Shown: positions 10,956 to 21,646 of the stretch, piece after piece | Numbering within the stretch: position 1 is the first letter of the stretch | Layout: every line of letters starts with the position of its first letter | NCBI GenBank assembly: GCA_963818295.1 | Contig: CAWFRW010000021.1 | Span: forward strand, 1,794-65,793 | Reading direction: 5' to 3' | From: an uncultured Bacteroidales bacterium | GTDB taxonomy: Bacteria; Bacteroidota; Bacteroidia; Bacteroidales; VadinHA17 | DNA: 64,000 bases | Made by a program: the position numbers and the translations under genes | The notes under the pieces: model-generated | Told to the model about the DNA's origin: nothing | The model's database searches: none | What the model saw: only the letters and a program-made list of their open reading frames with translations

Positions 10956-11876
10956 ATGAACAAAAAATTTGCGTCGGTTTTTTCAGTTTTGATAATTGTT
11001 GTTTTCATAGCTTATATCGTATACGATACTGCGCGGCCATCCGCAGATAATAAAGATCTGGTTGCCGTTCGACCACACGACAGCATCCCCGACAAATGGA
11101 AGATAACCGGTGAACTGCATGTGAGTGAAGGCTCACTTAAAGCGGTAACCGTTTCATCTTCAGGCAACATATATATAGGAGGTGAATCATTTGTATCGTG
11201 CTATACTGTTGATCTTAAACAAGTTTGGACTCTGAAAACGCCTTATCCTGTCACCTCACTCTCAAATTCAGGGGATACAATTTTTGCATCTACTGTAGAA
11301 ATGATACTAGTTATTGGCACTGATGGCAGGATGAAAGATGAATGGGGTCCGTTTGAAGACAAAAGTTACATTACCTCTGTTGCATCAAACCGGAACAGGG
11401 TCGCTTATGCAGATGCTGGCAACAAAATGGTTGTACTCCTCGACAAACAGGGAAGGGTGGAGAAAATTATAGGTCAGAATGACGGACAGTTCGTTTTGCC
11501 GAGTCCATACTTCGATGTTGCTCTTGATGCAACAGGAAATTTATATGTGGCAAATACGGGGCACAGACGAATCGAAACAAGGTCACCTGATGGAAGGCTG
11601 ATCAGTACTTTCGGCGAGCCGGGGATGGCCCCCGGTGCGTTCTGCGGATGCTGTAACCCAGCACACTTCATCCTGACTCCGAATGGATTTGTCACATCTG
11701 AAAAAGGAATAAACAGGATAAAGATCCTCGGAAAAGAGGGAGGATTTGTTGAGTTTGTATCCTCCGGAAAAAAATTCGTCCCCTCTGTTCCACTTGACCT
11801 GGCATCTGCAGACGGAAATATTATTTATGCTGCAAACCCTTATGATTCAAAACTTTATTCATTTGTAAGGAAATAA
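10956..11876 (+). CDS. NHL-repeat six-bladed beta-propeller protein with N-terminal TM/signal anchor and a CGCCNP motif
   Basis: ATG at 10956 (MNKKFASVFSVLIIVVFIAYIVY). NHL-like blades (LPSPYFDVALDATGNLYVANTGHRRIE..., GINRIKIL, IYAANPYDSKLYSF). Unusual Cys cluster GAFCGCCNPAHF. Confidence 0.7.
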   Translation: MNKKFASVFSVLIIVVFIAYIVYDTARPSADNKDLVAVRPHDSIPDKWKITGELHVSEGSLKAVTVSSSGNIYIGGESFVSCYTVDLKQVWTLKTPYPVTSLSNSGDTIFASTVEMILVIGTDGRMKDEWGPFEDKSYITSVASNRNRVAYADAGNKMVVLLDKQGRVEKIIGQNDGQFVLPSPYFDVALDATGNLYVANTGHRRIETRSPDGRLISTFGEPGMAPGAFCGCCNPAHFILTPNGFVTSEKGINRIKILGKEGGFVEFVSSGKKFVPSVPLDLASADGNIIYAANPYDSKLYSFVRK

Positions 11877-11937
11877 TGCAACTGATAAATTACATAATTA
11901 ATTAAATTTGGAACATTAGGAAAATTAAACCTTTAAC

Positions 11938-13162
11938 ATGATTCATATGACAAGAGTGATTTTTTTATCCCTGATTGTAATATTAAGTACCAGTGCAAGT
12001 GCGCAGGATGTTGCACAATGGCGTGGACCTGACAGGAATGGGATCTACACCGAAACCGGACTTCTGAAAAAATGGCCTGATGCAGGCCCAAAGCTGTTGT
12101 GGCATTTCGATGAACTTGGCGACGGGCACACTTCAGCTGCTGTGACCGGATCAGGAATTTATACTTCAGGAATGGTTAATGGAACATGGTTTTGTTTTTG
12201 CACTTGACCTCTCCGGAAAACTGCTCTGGAAAAAGGAATATGGAAAGGAATGGGCAGAAAACTGGAACGGTACAAGGTCAACCCCTCTGGTGGTAGGCGA
12301 CAAATTGTATGTTCTGAGCTCATACTGGAAGCTTGTTTGTATGAATACTTCAAATGGACAGATATTATGGTCAGCAGATCTGGAGAAAGATTACGGTGCA
12401 AAAAACAATGAATGGGGAATATCCGAGAATCTGTTATTCGACGGAAATGTTTTGTATTGCACACCGGGTGGTTCAGGTGCGAGCCTTGTGGCTCTTGACA
12501 GGAATTCCGGCAAACTTATATGGAAAAGTAAAGGAAATGGCAATAAATCAGCTTATTGCTCACCTCTGATGATAAAAATACAGAACCGGAAAATTATTGT
12601 CACTATGATGGAAAAGGCTGTCTGCGCGTTTGATGCTGAAACAGGCAAGGAACTTTGGGAGTATGAGCATATAAACGACACAGGTGTTCATCCGAATGTC
12701 CCTGTTTTCATAAAAGGAAATCTCTACTGCACCTCGGGTTACGGTAAAGGCGGAGAGATGCTCAGGCTGTCAGAAGACGGAACATCAGTCAAGGAGGTAT
12801 GGAAAACAAAGGATGGTGATTCCAGAACAGGTGGAATAGTTGTTCTGAATGGGAAAATTTATGTCTCGGGTGACAGAAACAAAAAGATCTTCTGTCTTGA
12901 CTGGGAAACCGGAAAAGTAATCTTTTCAACAAAAGAGATGGCTCCTGCAACACTGATCGCTGATGAAGGCTTGCTGTATCTTTACAGTGAATCAGGCAAG
13001 GTTTACCTGGTTGAGCCAAAAGCTGACGGTTTCAATATTCTAAGCTCATTTGCAGTTCCATTTGGAGCGAACCCTCACTGGGCGCATCTTGTGATTAAGA
13101 ATAAAAAACTATATGTAAGACACGGGACATCACTTATGGTTTACGATATTGCTGCAAATTAG
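11938..13162 (+). pseudogene. Secreted PQQ-like beta-propeller protein, paralog 3; one frame break near 12180-12200
   Basis: ORFs 11938..12207 (signal peptide, then QWRGPDRNGIYTETGLLKKWPDAGPKLLW) and 12179..13162 (FVFALDLSGKLLWKK...AFDAETGKELWEY...LYVRHGTSLMVYDI). Confidence 0.8.
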
Positions 13163-13232
13163 ATCCTTATCATGCAGCGGTCCGGAGGAATATTTTAAGA
13201 TGGCTTTAATTTCATTATAATTGGGGTGAGAT

Positions 13233-13397
13233 ATGACAAGAAATGATTTTGTTAGAAAAGTAATTCAGATTGGGCTTTTTGCCGCTCTCTCACTCGTTGT
13301 TTTTGCATTGAAAAACAGGATAATAACTGATGGGAATTGTTCATCATGCCCTGAGAATGGAAAATGTCCCGGAAAAAATTATTGCATCAAAAACTGA
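13233..13397 (+). CDS. Small (54 aa) single-TM protein with Cys-rich tail; hypothetical
   Basis: Not in the ORF track (under 60 aa). My translation is MTRNDFVRKVIQIGLFAALSLVVFALKNRIITDGNCSSCPENGKCPGKNYCIKN, with the stop at 13395-13397. A GGGGTGAG RBS-like purine run precedes it. It ends 11 nt before the ferredoxin gene. Confidence 0.4.
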   Translation: MTRNDFVRKVIQIGLFAALSLVVFALKNRIITDGNCSSCPENGKCPGKNYCIKN

Positions 13398-13408
13398 CAG
13401 GTTAAGCT

Positions 13409-13993
13409 ATGAGAGAGGAGAAGAATAAATATCAGACCAGACGCGATTTTGTAAAAAAGGCAGGCAGAATTGCTGCCGTATTGCCACTTGCAATTATTCC
13501 TGCTGCGCTCCTGAGAAAAACATCCCTCTCCGGATATGTATGGCAGATTGATCCGTTCAAATGTACTCAGTGCGGTCAGTGCAAGACCAACTGTGTTTTA
13601 ACACCCTCGGCTTCAAAATGTGTTCATGCATATCAGATGTGCGGCTTTTGCGATCTGTGCGGCGGATATCTGAGGCAGGGAGTCAAGACAATAAGTACGG
13701 GGGCGGAAAACCAACTCTGTCCCACCGGCGCAATTACAAGGAAATTTGTGGAGGAGCCGTATTTTGAATATACTATAAATGAGGATCTTTGTGACGGTTG
13801 TGCAAAATGTGTGAAAGGGTGCGGTGATTTTGGTAATGGCTCCCTCTATATGCAGATCAGGCATAACCTGTGTGTAAACTGCAATGATTGTTCAATTGCA
13901 AGAACATGTCCTTCAGATGCCGTCATAAGAGTTCCGGCTTTAACCCCTTATCTGCAGAAGGATAAAGGCAAGTCTGTGAAAAATGATTCTTAG
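13409..13993 (+). CDS. Tat-exported NapG-like ferredoxin with four [4Fe-4S] motifs
   Basis: Twin-arginine signal (TRRDFVKKAGRIAAVLPLA). Four Cys motifs: CTQCGQCKTNC, CGFCDLCGG...CP, CDGCAKCVKGC and CVNCNDCSIARTCP. Confidence 0.85.
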   Translation: MREEKNKYQTRRDFVKKAGRIAAVLPLAIIPAALLRKTSLSGYVWQIDPFKCTQCGQCKTNCVLTPSASKCVHAYQMCGFCDLCGGYLRQGVKTISTGAENQLCPTGAITRKFVEEPYFEYTINEDLCDGCAKCVKGCGDFGNGSLYMQIRHNLCVNCNDCSIARTCPSDAVIRVPALTPYLQKDKGKSVKNDS

Positions 13994-14031
13994 GGTTTTG
14001 TTAAATTAAGTTGAGAGGATAAGATTTAAGG

Positions 14032-15309
14032 ATGAAAAAAGCTCTTCCATATATTATATTCATATTGCTGATCGGCTGGCATGCAGTATTGTATGCGCAG
14101 GACAGGTTCCCAAGACCCGAATTTGAATCGGGTTATGTGTATGCCACGAACCAGATGCCTGCTCAGAGAAGCCAGGTCTGGGAGTATTTTGATGTGGCAG
14201 TACTGATAGTGGCGCTGTCAATTACAACATGGCTGGCGCTTAAAAAACGCTCGAGACAGGGTCTCATATGGATGTCTCTCTTTTCCCTCGCCTATTTCGG
14301 ATTCTACAGACAGGGTTGCATCTGTTCCGTCGGATCCGTTCAAAATGTTTCACTTGCCTTATTTAATGAGATTTACACAATACCTCTTACTGCTCTGCTA
14401 TTCTTCATAATTCCTCTTCTCTTCGCACTGGCTTACGGAAGGGTATTTTGCGCCGGTGTTTGTCCGCTTGGCGCTATTCAGGAACTATCAGGCATAAAAC
14501 CGCTCAGGCTTAATAAAAGCATTGAGATCATTCTTGCCTCGGTACCGTTTATATATCTTGCCCTTGCAGTCTTGTTTGCTGCTACAAACAGTCAGTTTTT
14601 AATTTGCAGGTATGATCCGTTTGTTGGCATATTCAGGCTGGATGCACCATACACAATGATTGTTTTCGGTGCGCTCCTGCTTCTGTCAGGAATATTCCTG
14701 AACAGACCCTATTGCAGGTTTCTTTGTCCGTACGGAGCGCTTCTGAACATTTTTTCAAGGTTTGCCGGTAAACACCTCACGATAACACCTGCTGAATGCA
14801 CAAACTGCAGACTTTGTGAGGAAGCATGCCCTTATAATGCTATACTGCCTTCCGATCCTGAGCCTCACAGGGATCTTCCTGACAAATCAAGGAAACAGTT
14901 TCTCCTCTATTTTCTTTTTATCCCGCTTTTTGCAATTTTCGGAGCTTTCATTGTGTATAACCTTGCTCCCGCTCTCTCGGGTGTTAACAGCAATGTGAGC
15001 CTGGCGAGGGAGATCAGGCTTGAAAAGAAAACAGGTAAAGAATCTCTTTCCAAGGCAGTTGTGGCATTCAAGGAATCCGGAAAGACAGAAGTTGAGCTCT
15101 TTGACGAAGAAAATATGATAATTGGAAAATTCCAGAAGGGTGCACCCTGGGCAGGAATTTTTCTTGGAGCATCCTTCGGCATTGGAATGGTTTCATTCAC
15201 AATGAAACGAAGAAGAACTGAATATAAACCACATCAGGGCAAATGCTACAGCTGTGGCAGATGTTTCAGATATTGTCCGATAAAAGTACCCAGCCAGAAT
15301 GAAATTTAA
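14032..15309 (+). CDS. NapH/MauN/NosR-C-like integral-membrane polyferredoxin
   Basis: Multiple TM helices carry the family CxxxCP motifs (RVFCAGVCPLGA, RPYCRFLCPYGA). There are two soluble 4Fe-4S motifs (CTNCRLCEEACP, CYSCGRCFRYCP). Confidence 0.8.
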   Translation: MKKALPYIIFILLIGWHAVLYAQDRFPRPEFESGYVYATNQMPAQRSQVWEYFDVAVLIVALSITTWLALKKRSRQGLIWMSLFSLAYFGFYRQGCICSVGSVQNVSLALFNEIYTIPLTALLFFIIPLLFALAYGRVFCAGVCPLGAIQELSGIKPLRLNKSIEIILASVPFIYLALAVLFAATNSQFLICRYDPFVGIFRLDAPYTMIVFGALLLLSGIFLNRPYCRFLCPYGALLNIFSRFAGKHLTITPAECTNCRLCEEACPYNAILPSDPEPHRDLPDKSRKQFLLYFLFIPLFAIFGAFIVYNLAPALSGVNSNVSLAREIRLEKKTGKESLSKAVVAFKESGKTEVELFDEENMIIGKFQKGAPWAGIFLGASFGIGMVSFTMKRRRTEYKPHQGKCYSCGRCFRYCPIKVPSQNEI

Positions 15310-16994
15310 CATTAAAGATAAAGACATCAGTATACTAAAAGTTATCAGCCAGGTTGCGGGTGGCTTTACGCTTATTGTTGCACTGACGATGATTTTAAGC
15401 CTTATACAGCTAAAAACGATCAAACCGCTTGACAGCCCTGCCCTGCTGTCAATCAAGGAGCAATATGACAAAGATCCTTCCAATGCAGCTCTGGCAGCCC
15501 AGGTCAGGGCGATGGACCTGATGGCTAGGAAAGCCTATTTTTCATCCCGGTGGCAGGTTGAAACCGGTTCATATCTTTTATTGGCCGGCGCTGTGATCTT
15601 TATCCTTAGTCAGCGGCTGATCTCTGAAAATGAAAAGGTGAAACCTGTTCTGCCAGGCCCTAAAACTGAAACCAATGCACAATCTGAAAAAATAAAAAAA
15701 TATCTTCTTGTTACAGCTACAGTGATTTCGGTAGCAGCTATCGGCGCATCCTTTATTCTAAGGTCAGAACTGCCTGATCCTTCAAAGAAAACAGGCATGG
15801 CTCAGGGTTCCGGGAAGAAGGGCAATGGCTCTGCTCCCAAACCTGACAAGACCAATTATCCCTTTTTCAGGGGGCAGGATAGCCGTGGTATTGCAGGAGG
15901 TTCGGGATATCCTACAGAATGGGATGGCGCCTCAGGAAAGAATATTGGATGGAAAATCCAGCTTCCTGGCACAGGCAAAAGCTCTCCCGTAATATGGGAT
16001 GACAAGATCTTCGTGACAGGTGCGGAAGGTAATCAGTGTGAAATTTACTGTATTGACAAAAAAACAGGTTCTGTACTTTGGACAGGGTCTGCTGTCAATA
16101 TTCCGGGTGAACCGGGTGAACAGCCAAAGATGGACAGAGAGGCCGGACTTGCTGTATCTACTGCTGCCACAAACGGAGAAGTAGTATGTGCCATTTTTGC
16201 AAATGGCAATCTTGTCTGTTTCGACCTTGACGGGAAGCAGAAATGGGCTAAAAATATCGGGGCTCCGGAAAGCAGTTACGGATATTCATCGTCGCTTCTG
16301 ATCTATGACAATATTCTTCTGGTGCAATATGACAGCAACACAAAAATATCACTTATAGGATTTGACCTTGGAACAGGTGAACAGAAATGGGAAACTATCC
16401 GTCAGGGCAGAACAGTATGGTCTTCCCCTGTTCTGGCATATTTTGACGGAACACCTCAGGTTGTTTTGAACGGAAATCCTGCTGTCAGCAGCTTTGATGC
16501 TGTCACTGGCAAACAGCTGTGGTCAGTGGAATGCATGAGCGGGGATGTTGCCCCCTCAGTGGCTGTTAACGCTAAAATGGCATTCGCAGTTACCGACTAT
16601 GCAAAGCTGACTGCGATAAAGCCTGGCACAGGCGCTTCGGTAGCATGGGAGGATAATACATTCACCCCCGATGTTTCCAGCCCGGTTGCCACGGATGAAT
16701 ATCTGTTCCTGTCTACAGGCAATGGTGATGTAGCCTGTTACAACGCAGAGAAGGGCGATACGCTCTGGACACATTATTTTCAGGACCAGTTCTATGCCTC
16801 ACCGATTGTGGCTGATGAAAATGGTATATCTTCTTGACAGAAGCGGCGTCATGCATATAGTCGAAGCAGGCTCTGGATTTAAGCTGATATCAGAAGCGGC
16901 CCTCGGGGAAACGGCAGATTGTACGCCGGCTTTTTCGGACAAGAAAATTTATATCAGAGGAAGTAAAAATCTTTATTGCATTTCAAAAAATTGA
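15299..16994 (+). pseudogene. Membrane-anchored PQQ-like beta-propeller protein, paralog 4 (about 170-aa 3-TM N-domain plus propeller); one frame break near 16815-16835
   Basis: The start overlaps the NapH-like stop by 11 nt. TM segments are VAGGFTLIVALTMILSLI, SYLLLAGAVIFILS and LLVTATVISVAAIGASFIL. The propeller begins YPFFRGQDSRGIA...WKIQLPGTGKSSPVIWDDKIFVTG (compare paralog 6). Removing one A from the A4 run at 16818-16821 joins ORFs 15299..16837 and 16794..16994 as ADEMVYLLDRSG. Confidence 0.75.
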
Positions 16995-19406
16995 AGCAGG
17001 CAGAATCAAATAAAGAAGAAAGCGGATGCGACTGCCGGCCGACCCCTGTTGAAGACATTACAAGGGCAGTTGATGAAGTTGTAAGCTATACAGGCAGGGA
17101 GCCTGAGAAGCTTATAATGATTTTGCAGGAGGTGCAGAAACGTCTTAACTATCTGCCTTCTGAGGCTTTGAAGCATATTTGCAAGGTCACAGATATTACG
17201 CCGGGCCAGATCTCGGGTGTTTCAACTTTCTATTCACAATTCAGACATATCCCTGCAGGAAAGTATACAATTAAAATTTGTACCGGGACTGCATGCCATG
17301 TAAAGGGAGCAAATTTTATCTCAGATGCATTTAAGAGGGTACTTAAAATTGATGAGACCATAAATACTTCACCGGATAATCTTTTTTCAATAGAGGAGGT
17401 TGCCTGTCTTGGATGCTGTACGCTTGCTCCTGTTGTACAGATTGACGGCAAAACATACGGGCATGTAAAACCAACTCAGATACAGGAAATTGTGGATGAT
17501 TTTTTAATTAATGGCGTAAATAATGATGCTGTTCCGGGAAAAGCTGACATGACTGATATCGATGCGGAGGTCAGGATTGGACTGGGTTCCTGCTGTGTCG
17601 CGGGTGGAAGCAAGGAGATCCTTTCAGAAATACTGGAGGTAAAGAAGAAATTTGACCTCAATATCAGCATGAAGCCTGTTGGATGTGTCGGAGTATGCAA
17701 TCAGACCCCTCTTCTGGAGATAGTAACAAAGGACAATGTCAGTTCCCGGTACACTAATGTCCGAAAGTACCAGGTTGAGGAGATCCTGCTCAAGCATATC
17801 AGGCCGCGTACTCTGAATAAAAGGATAAAACACAATATTTTTGATCTTGTTGATACATTTCTTTCAGATGATAAGCTTTCAAGCCAGATAAATATTTCCG
17901 ATGAACACAGGGAGAAATATCTCAATAATTTCCTTGATTACCAGATCCATATTGCAACAATTGACAGTGGTGTACTGACTCCTGATTCATATGATGAATA
18001 TTGTATGCTGGGCGGTTTTTCGGCACTCAGAAAATGTCTTAATGAATTGGATCAGAATAAGGATAATTGACATTATTACCGAAAGCGGTTTAAGGGGAAG
18101 AGGAGGCGCAGGATTTCCTACAGGCAGAAAATGGAGGATATCCCTTGGTTCTGAAGGAGAGCGGAAATATGTGGTCTGCAACGGTGATGAGGGTGATCCG
18201 GGTGCATTTATGGACAGGATGCTTCTTGAATCTTTTCCATTCAGGATCATTGAAGGATTGATGATTGCAGGTTATGCCACAAAAGCCAATGAAGGCATTT
18301 TTTATATAAGGGCTGAATATCCGCTTGCAGTATCGCGTATAAGGAATGCACTTGAACAATGTTATGCAATGGTATTCTTGGAGATAATGTCTGCGGAACA
18401 GATTTTTCATTCAATATCAGGATTTTTGAAGGAGCCGGTGCATTTGTCTGCGGTGAGGAGACAGCTCTGATTGCATCCCTTGAAGGGATGCGGGGAACTC
18501 CAAAAATGCGTCCTCCCTACCCTGCCATAAAAGGTTTTAAAGGACAGCCTACCCTTGTAAATAATGTTGAGACTCTCTCACTTGTTCCATGGATAATTAC
18601 CAATGGAGCAGAAGCATTTCAATGAAATCGGAACTGATCTGAGCAAGGGAACAAAAGTATTCGCTCTTGCCGGGAAAATTTCAAAAGGAGGTCTGATTGA
18701 AGTTCCTATGGGGATAACAATCAGGCAGATTGTTGAAAAAATCGGTGACGGTATTGCTGACGGAAGGAAATTTAAAGCAGTGCAGATAGGCGGACCATCA
18801 GGCGGCTGTATTCCTGCATCAATGGCAGATACTGAAATTGATTACGAAGAGCTTACAAAGATGGGTGCCATGATGGGGTCAGGAGGAATGGTTGTGCTTG
18901 ATGACTCTGACTGCATGGTTGATATGGCAAAGTATTTTCTGACCTTCACCCATAAACAGTCATGCGGAAAATGCACTTTTTGCAGGGTTGGCACGAAACA
19001 TATGCTGAATATTGTAACACGATTGAGTGAAGGAAAAGCAACTCTTGCCGACATTGAAGAACTTGAAAGTCTCAGCAAATCAGTCAAGGATGGCAGTCTT
19101 TGCGGACTCGGAAAAACAGCACCCAATCCGGTTCTTACAGGTCTGAGATATTTCAGGGATGAATATGAAATGCATACAAAGGGAATATGTCCGGCAAAAA
19201 AATGCCGTGATCTTATAAAATATGTAGTTACAGATAAATGCACAGGTTGTACCAAATGCTCCCAGGAATGTCCTGTAAATGCAATTCCGTTCAATCCTTA
19301 TGAGAAGCATGAGATCGATCAGGCAATATGCACAAAATGTGATAATTGCAGAATTGTCTGCCCTGAAAACGCAATAGAAATAGCTGATGTAAATGGCAAG
19401 AATTAA
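16976..19406 (+). pseudogene. Fused NuoE-like / NuoF-like NAD(P)H-binding flavoprotein with C-terminal 2x[4Fe-4S] ferredoxin domain; 3 frame breaks
   Basis: NuoE fold (CTGTACHVKG...ACLGCCTLAPV). A second thioredoxin-like domain (GLGSCCVAGG...VGCVGVCNQTPL). NuoF motifs GLRGRGGAGFPTGRKW, VCNGDEGDPGAF, GAGAFVCGEETALI and SCGKCTFCRVG...LCGLG. Tail motifs CTGCTKCSQECP and CTKCDNCRIVCP. Pieces are 16976..18070, 17991..18470, 18359..18625 and 18603..19406. The start codon is uncertain (TTG at 16976). Confidence 0.85.
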
Positions 19407-20475
19407 GTTAGACAATAAGGATTTTGAGGTCAGGGAAGGATCGACCATCCTTGATGCTGCCAGGGAGGCAGGATTTACAATACCCACTCTTTGTCATAAT
19501 GATGGATTGCCTCATTACACCTCATGCATGGTCTGCATGGTAAGGGACAACAGTACAAAAGGCTTTTTTGCCTCATGTTCAGTAAATGTTCAGGACGGAA
19601 TGGATATAGATGTTTCCTCTGATGAGGTCATATCTCTCAGACGAAAATCGACTTGAACTTCTGCTTTCGGAACATCGTGCTGAATGCGAGGCTCCATGCA
19701 GGATTGTTTGTCCTGCCGGATACAATATCCCTCTTTTCAACAGATATCTGGCCGCTAAGGATCTTGAAAATGCAATAAAACTGACGCAGTCAGAAATTGA
19801 TACAGACAACATTGCCTGCGATAAATGTGCCGGATACTGCGAAAATGCCTGCCGAAGAAAAAAAATTGATATTCCTGTTTCGATCAGGAATATGAAATTG
19901 TTCATATTCAGCAACTTATATCACAGGTGATATTGATCTTGAGCAGGTTGAAAATAACAATGCAGAAAAAACCGATCAGGAAAAGCCTGAAATCATCAAA
20001 AAGATTCAATTCACTAATCGGAAAAATGGAACCTGAAGAACAGGCTGAATGGCTTAAAGAGTGCATTGGGAATACAGAACGATTCAGAGAGATATCTGTT
20101 CCTGAAAATGCATATCTTGAAGCAGGAAGCTGCATGCATTGTGACTGCCGGGCAGCAGATGACTGCAGGTTAAGGGACCTGGCTGAAGAATTTTCAATAA
20201 AAAATCCGAGAGGTAAACTTGTAAATGCTCCGATTGTTAAAAAGATAAATTACAAGACCGGACTTGTTTTTGAAAATGCAAAGTGCATAAAATGCGGACT
20301 CTGTGTAAGATTATGTGAAGATTCGAAAGAAGAACCAGCACTGTGCTTTATTAACAGGGGATTTGTCAGCATTATTTCAGAACCTCTCACTGAAGAATTT
20401 GACAATATACTGAAAACAAAAAGCAAAGAAGTCATTGAGATTTGTCCGACAGGTGCATTGAGTCAGCTTAAGTAA
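19393..20475 (+). pseudogene. Iron-sulfur protein: NuoG/HydA-N-terminal-like 2Fe-2S domain, GltD-type helical ferredoxin segment and C-terminal Cys clusters; 2 frame breaks; no catalytic domain
   Basis: The start overlaps the NuoF-like stop by 14 nt. Contains MARIKLDNKDFEVREGSTILDAAREAGFTIPTLCH...SCMVCMV (2Fe-2S), ECEAPCRIVCPAGYNIPLFNRYLAAKDLENAI, CMHCDCRAADDCRLRD and CIKCGLCVRLCE...CPTGAL. I saw no H-cluster (TSCCP / MPC..K) or molybdopterin motifs. Confidence 0.7.
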
Positions 20476-20502
20476 TGCATTATAAATGAGATATCGGTAA
20501 CA

Positions 20503-21613
20503 TTGTTTATTTTTTTCATTGCCAATATCCTCAATGGCTATGCACAGACAGGTGAGTCTGAATGGCCTCTTTTCAGGGGTAAGGCAGATCTTTCAGGAAA
20601 ATCAGCAGCAGAACTTCCTTCATCTCCGGCTCTTTTCTGGACTATATCAACAGGTGAAAGAACAAAATCATCTCCTGTACTAAGTAATGGTACAATATTT
20701 TTTGGAAATGAAAAGGGAACTGTGATTGCGGCAGATACTGACGGAAAAATAAAATGGAAGTTTGAGGGAGGCTCCCCTGTTGATGCTGCCCCAATGGTTT
20801 TTGGCAATAAAGTTATCTTCGGTTCAAATGATGGTCTTCTGAGGGCCATTGACAGAATATCCGGTAAATTATTATGGTCATATGCAACTGAAAATCAGAT
20901 AGCAGGATCCGCAAATGTCTGGATATCAGGCAATAAATCAGGAATTGTTGTTGGAAGCTATGATTATTTCCTCCATTGTGTTGATCCTGAAAACGGGAAA
21001 CTGCTCTGGAAAGTTGAGACTGAAAATTATATCAACGGGACACCTTCAATTGCAAACGGGAAGATAGTATTCGGAGGGTGTGACGGTATTATGAGGATTG
21101 TTGATCCGCTTACCGGCCGTGAAAAGGATACAATAGAAATAGGTGTGTATATTGCCGCCTCTCCTGCCCTTTCAGCAGGATTGGCATATTTCGGCGATTA
21201 TAACGGCACCAAATATTGTCTTAATCTCGAATCAGGAAAGATTGTCTGGAAAATAACTTCAAAGGAAGAATCAGCTGCAATTACTGGGAATTCCTGCCAT
21301 CGGACCATCCTCAGTTATTATAGGAAGCGAAGACAAATACATTTATTGTTTCAATCCTAAGGATGGGAAATTGAAATGGAAATACAGAACAAACGGACGC
21401 GTAACAGGTTCTGCCGTGATTACAAACACAAAGGTACTGGCTGCAGGAATGGATGGATATATTTATATCCTGGGTCTTGCGGACGGGAAAAAAATATGGA
21501 GTTTTAATGCAGGAACTCCTGTAAGCAGTTCCCCTGCTGTAGTAAAAGGAAGATTCTATATTCTTACCGAGGACGGAAGGCTGATGGCTTTTGGAGAGAA
21601 GAAGAAGAACTGA
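20503..21613 (+). pseudogene. Secreted PQQ-like beta-propeller protein, paralog 5; frame break near 21340 and possibly in the signal peptide
   Basis: ORFs 20503..21360 and 21371..21613 carry WPLFRGKADLSGKS, repeated DG.L.A.D..SGKLLW blades and ...ILTEDGRLMAFGEK. An ATG at 20486 is out of frame (MRYR stop), so either the TTG at 20503 is the start or there is another indel. Confidence 0.75.
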
Positions 21614-21646
21614 AACAAAATAACAGAGAACCCTAAGAAATTATAT

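Noticed and set aside
18842-19487. Long antisense ORFs (18842..19294 and 19080..19487; also 25332..25736, 22337..22714, 22617..22946, 5115..5306 and similar)
   Set aside because: They lie entirely inside sense-strand genes that have strong family motifs. They have low-complexity or odd composition and no recognisable motifs. Such ORFs are typical shadows of coding regions.
16976-20475. Annotating this region as an [FeFe]-hydrogenase (HydABC) or an NAD-dependent formate dehydrogenase
   Set aside because: Only the NuoE/NuoF-like and N-terminal Fe-S parts are present. I found no H-cluster motifs and no molybdopterin domain in any frame of 19393-20475.
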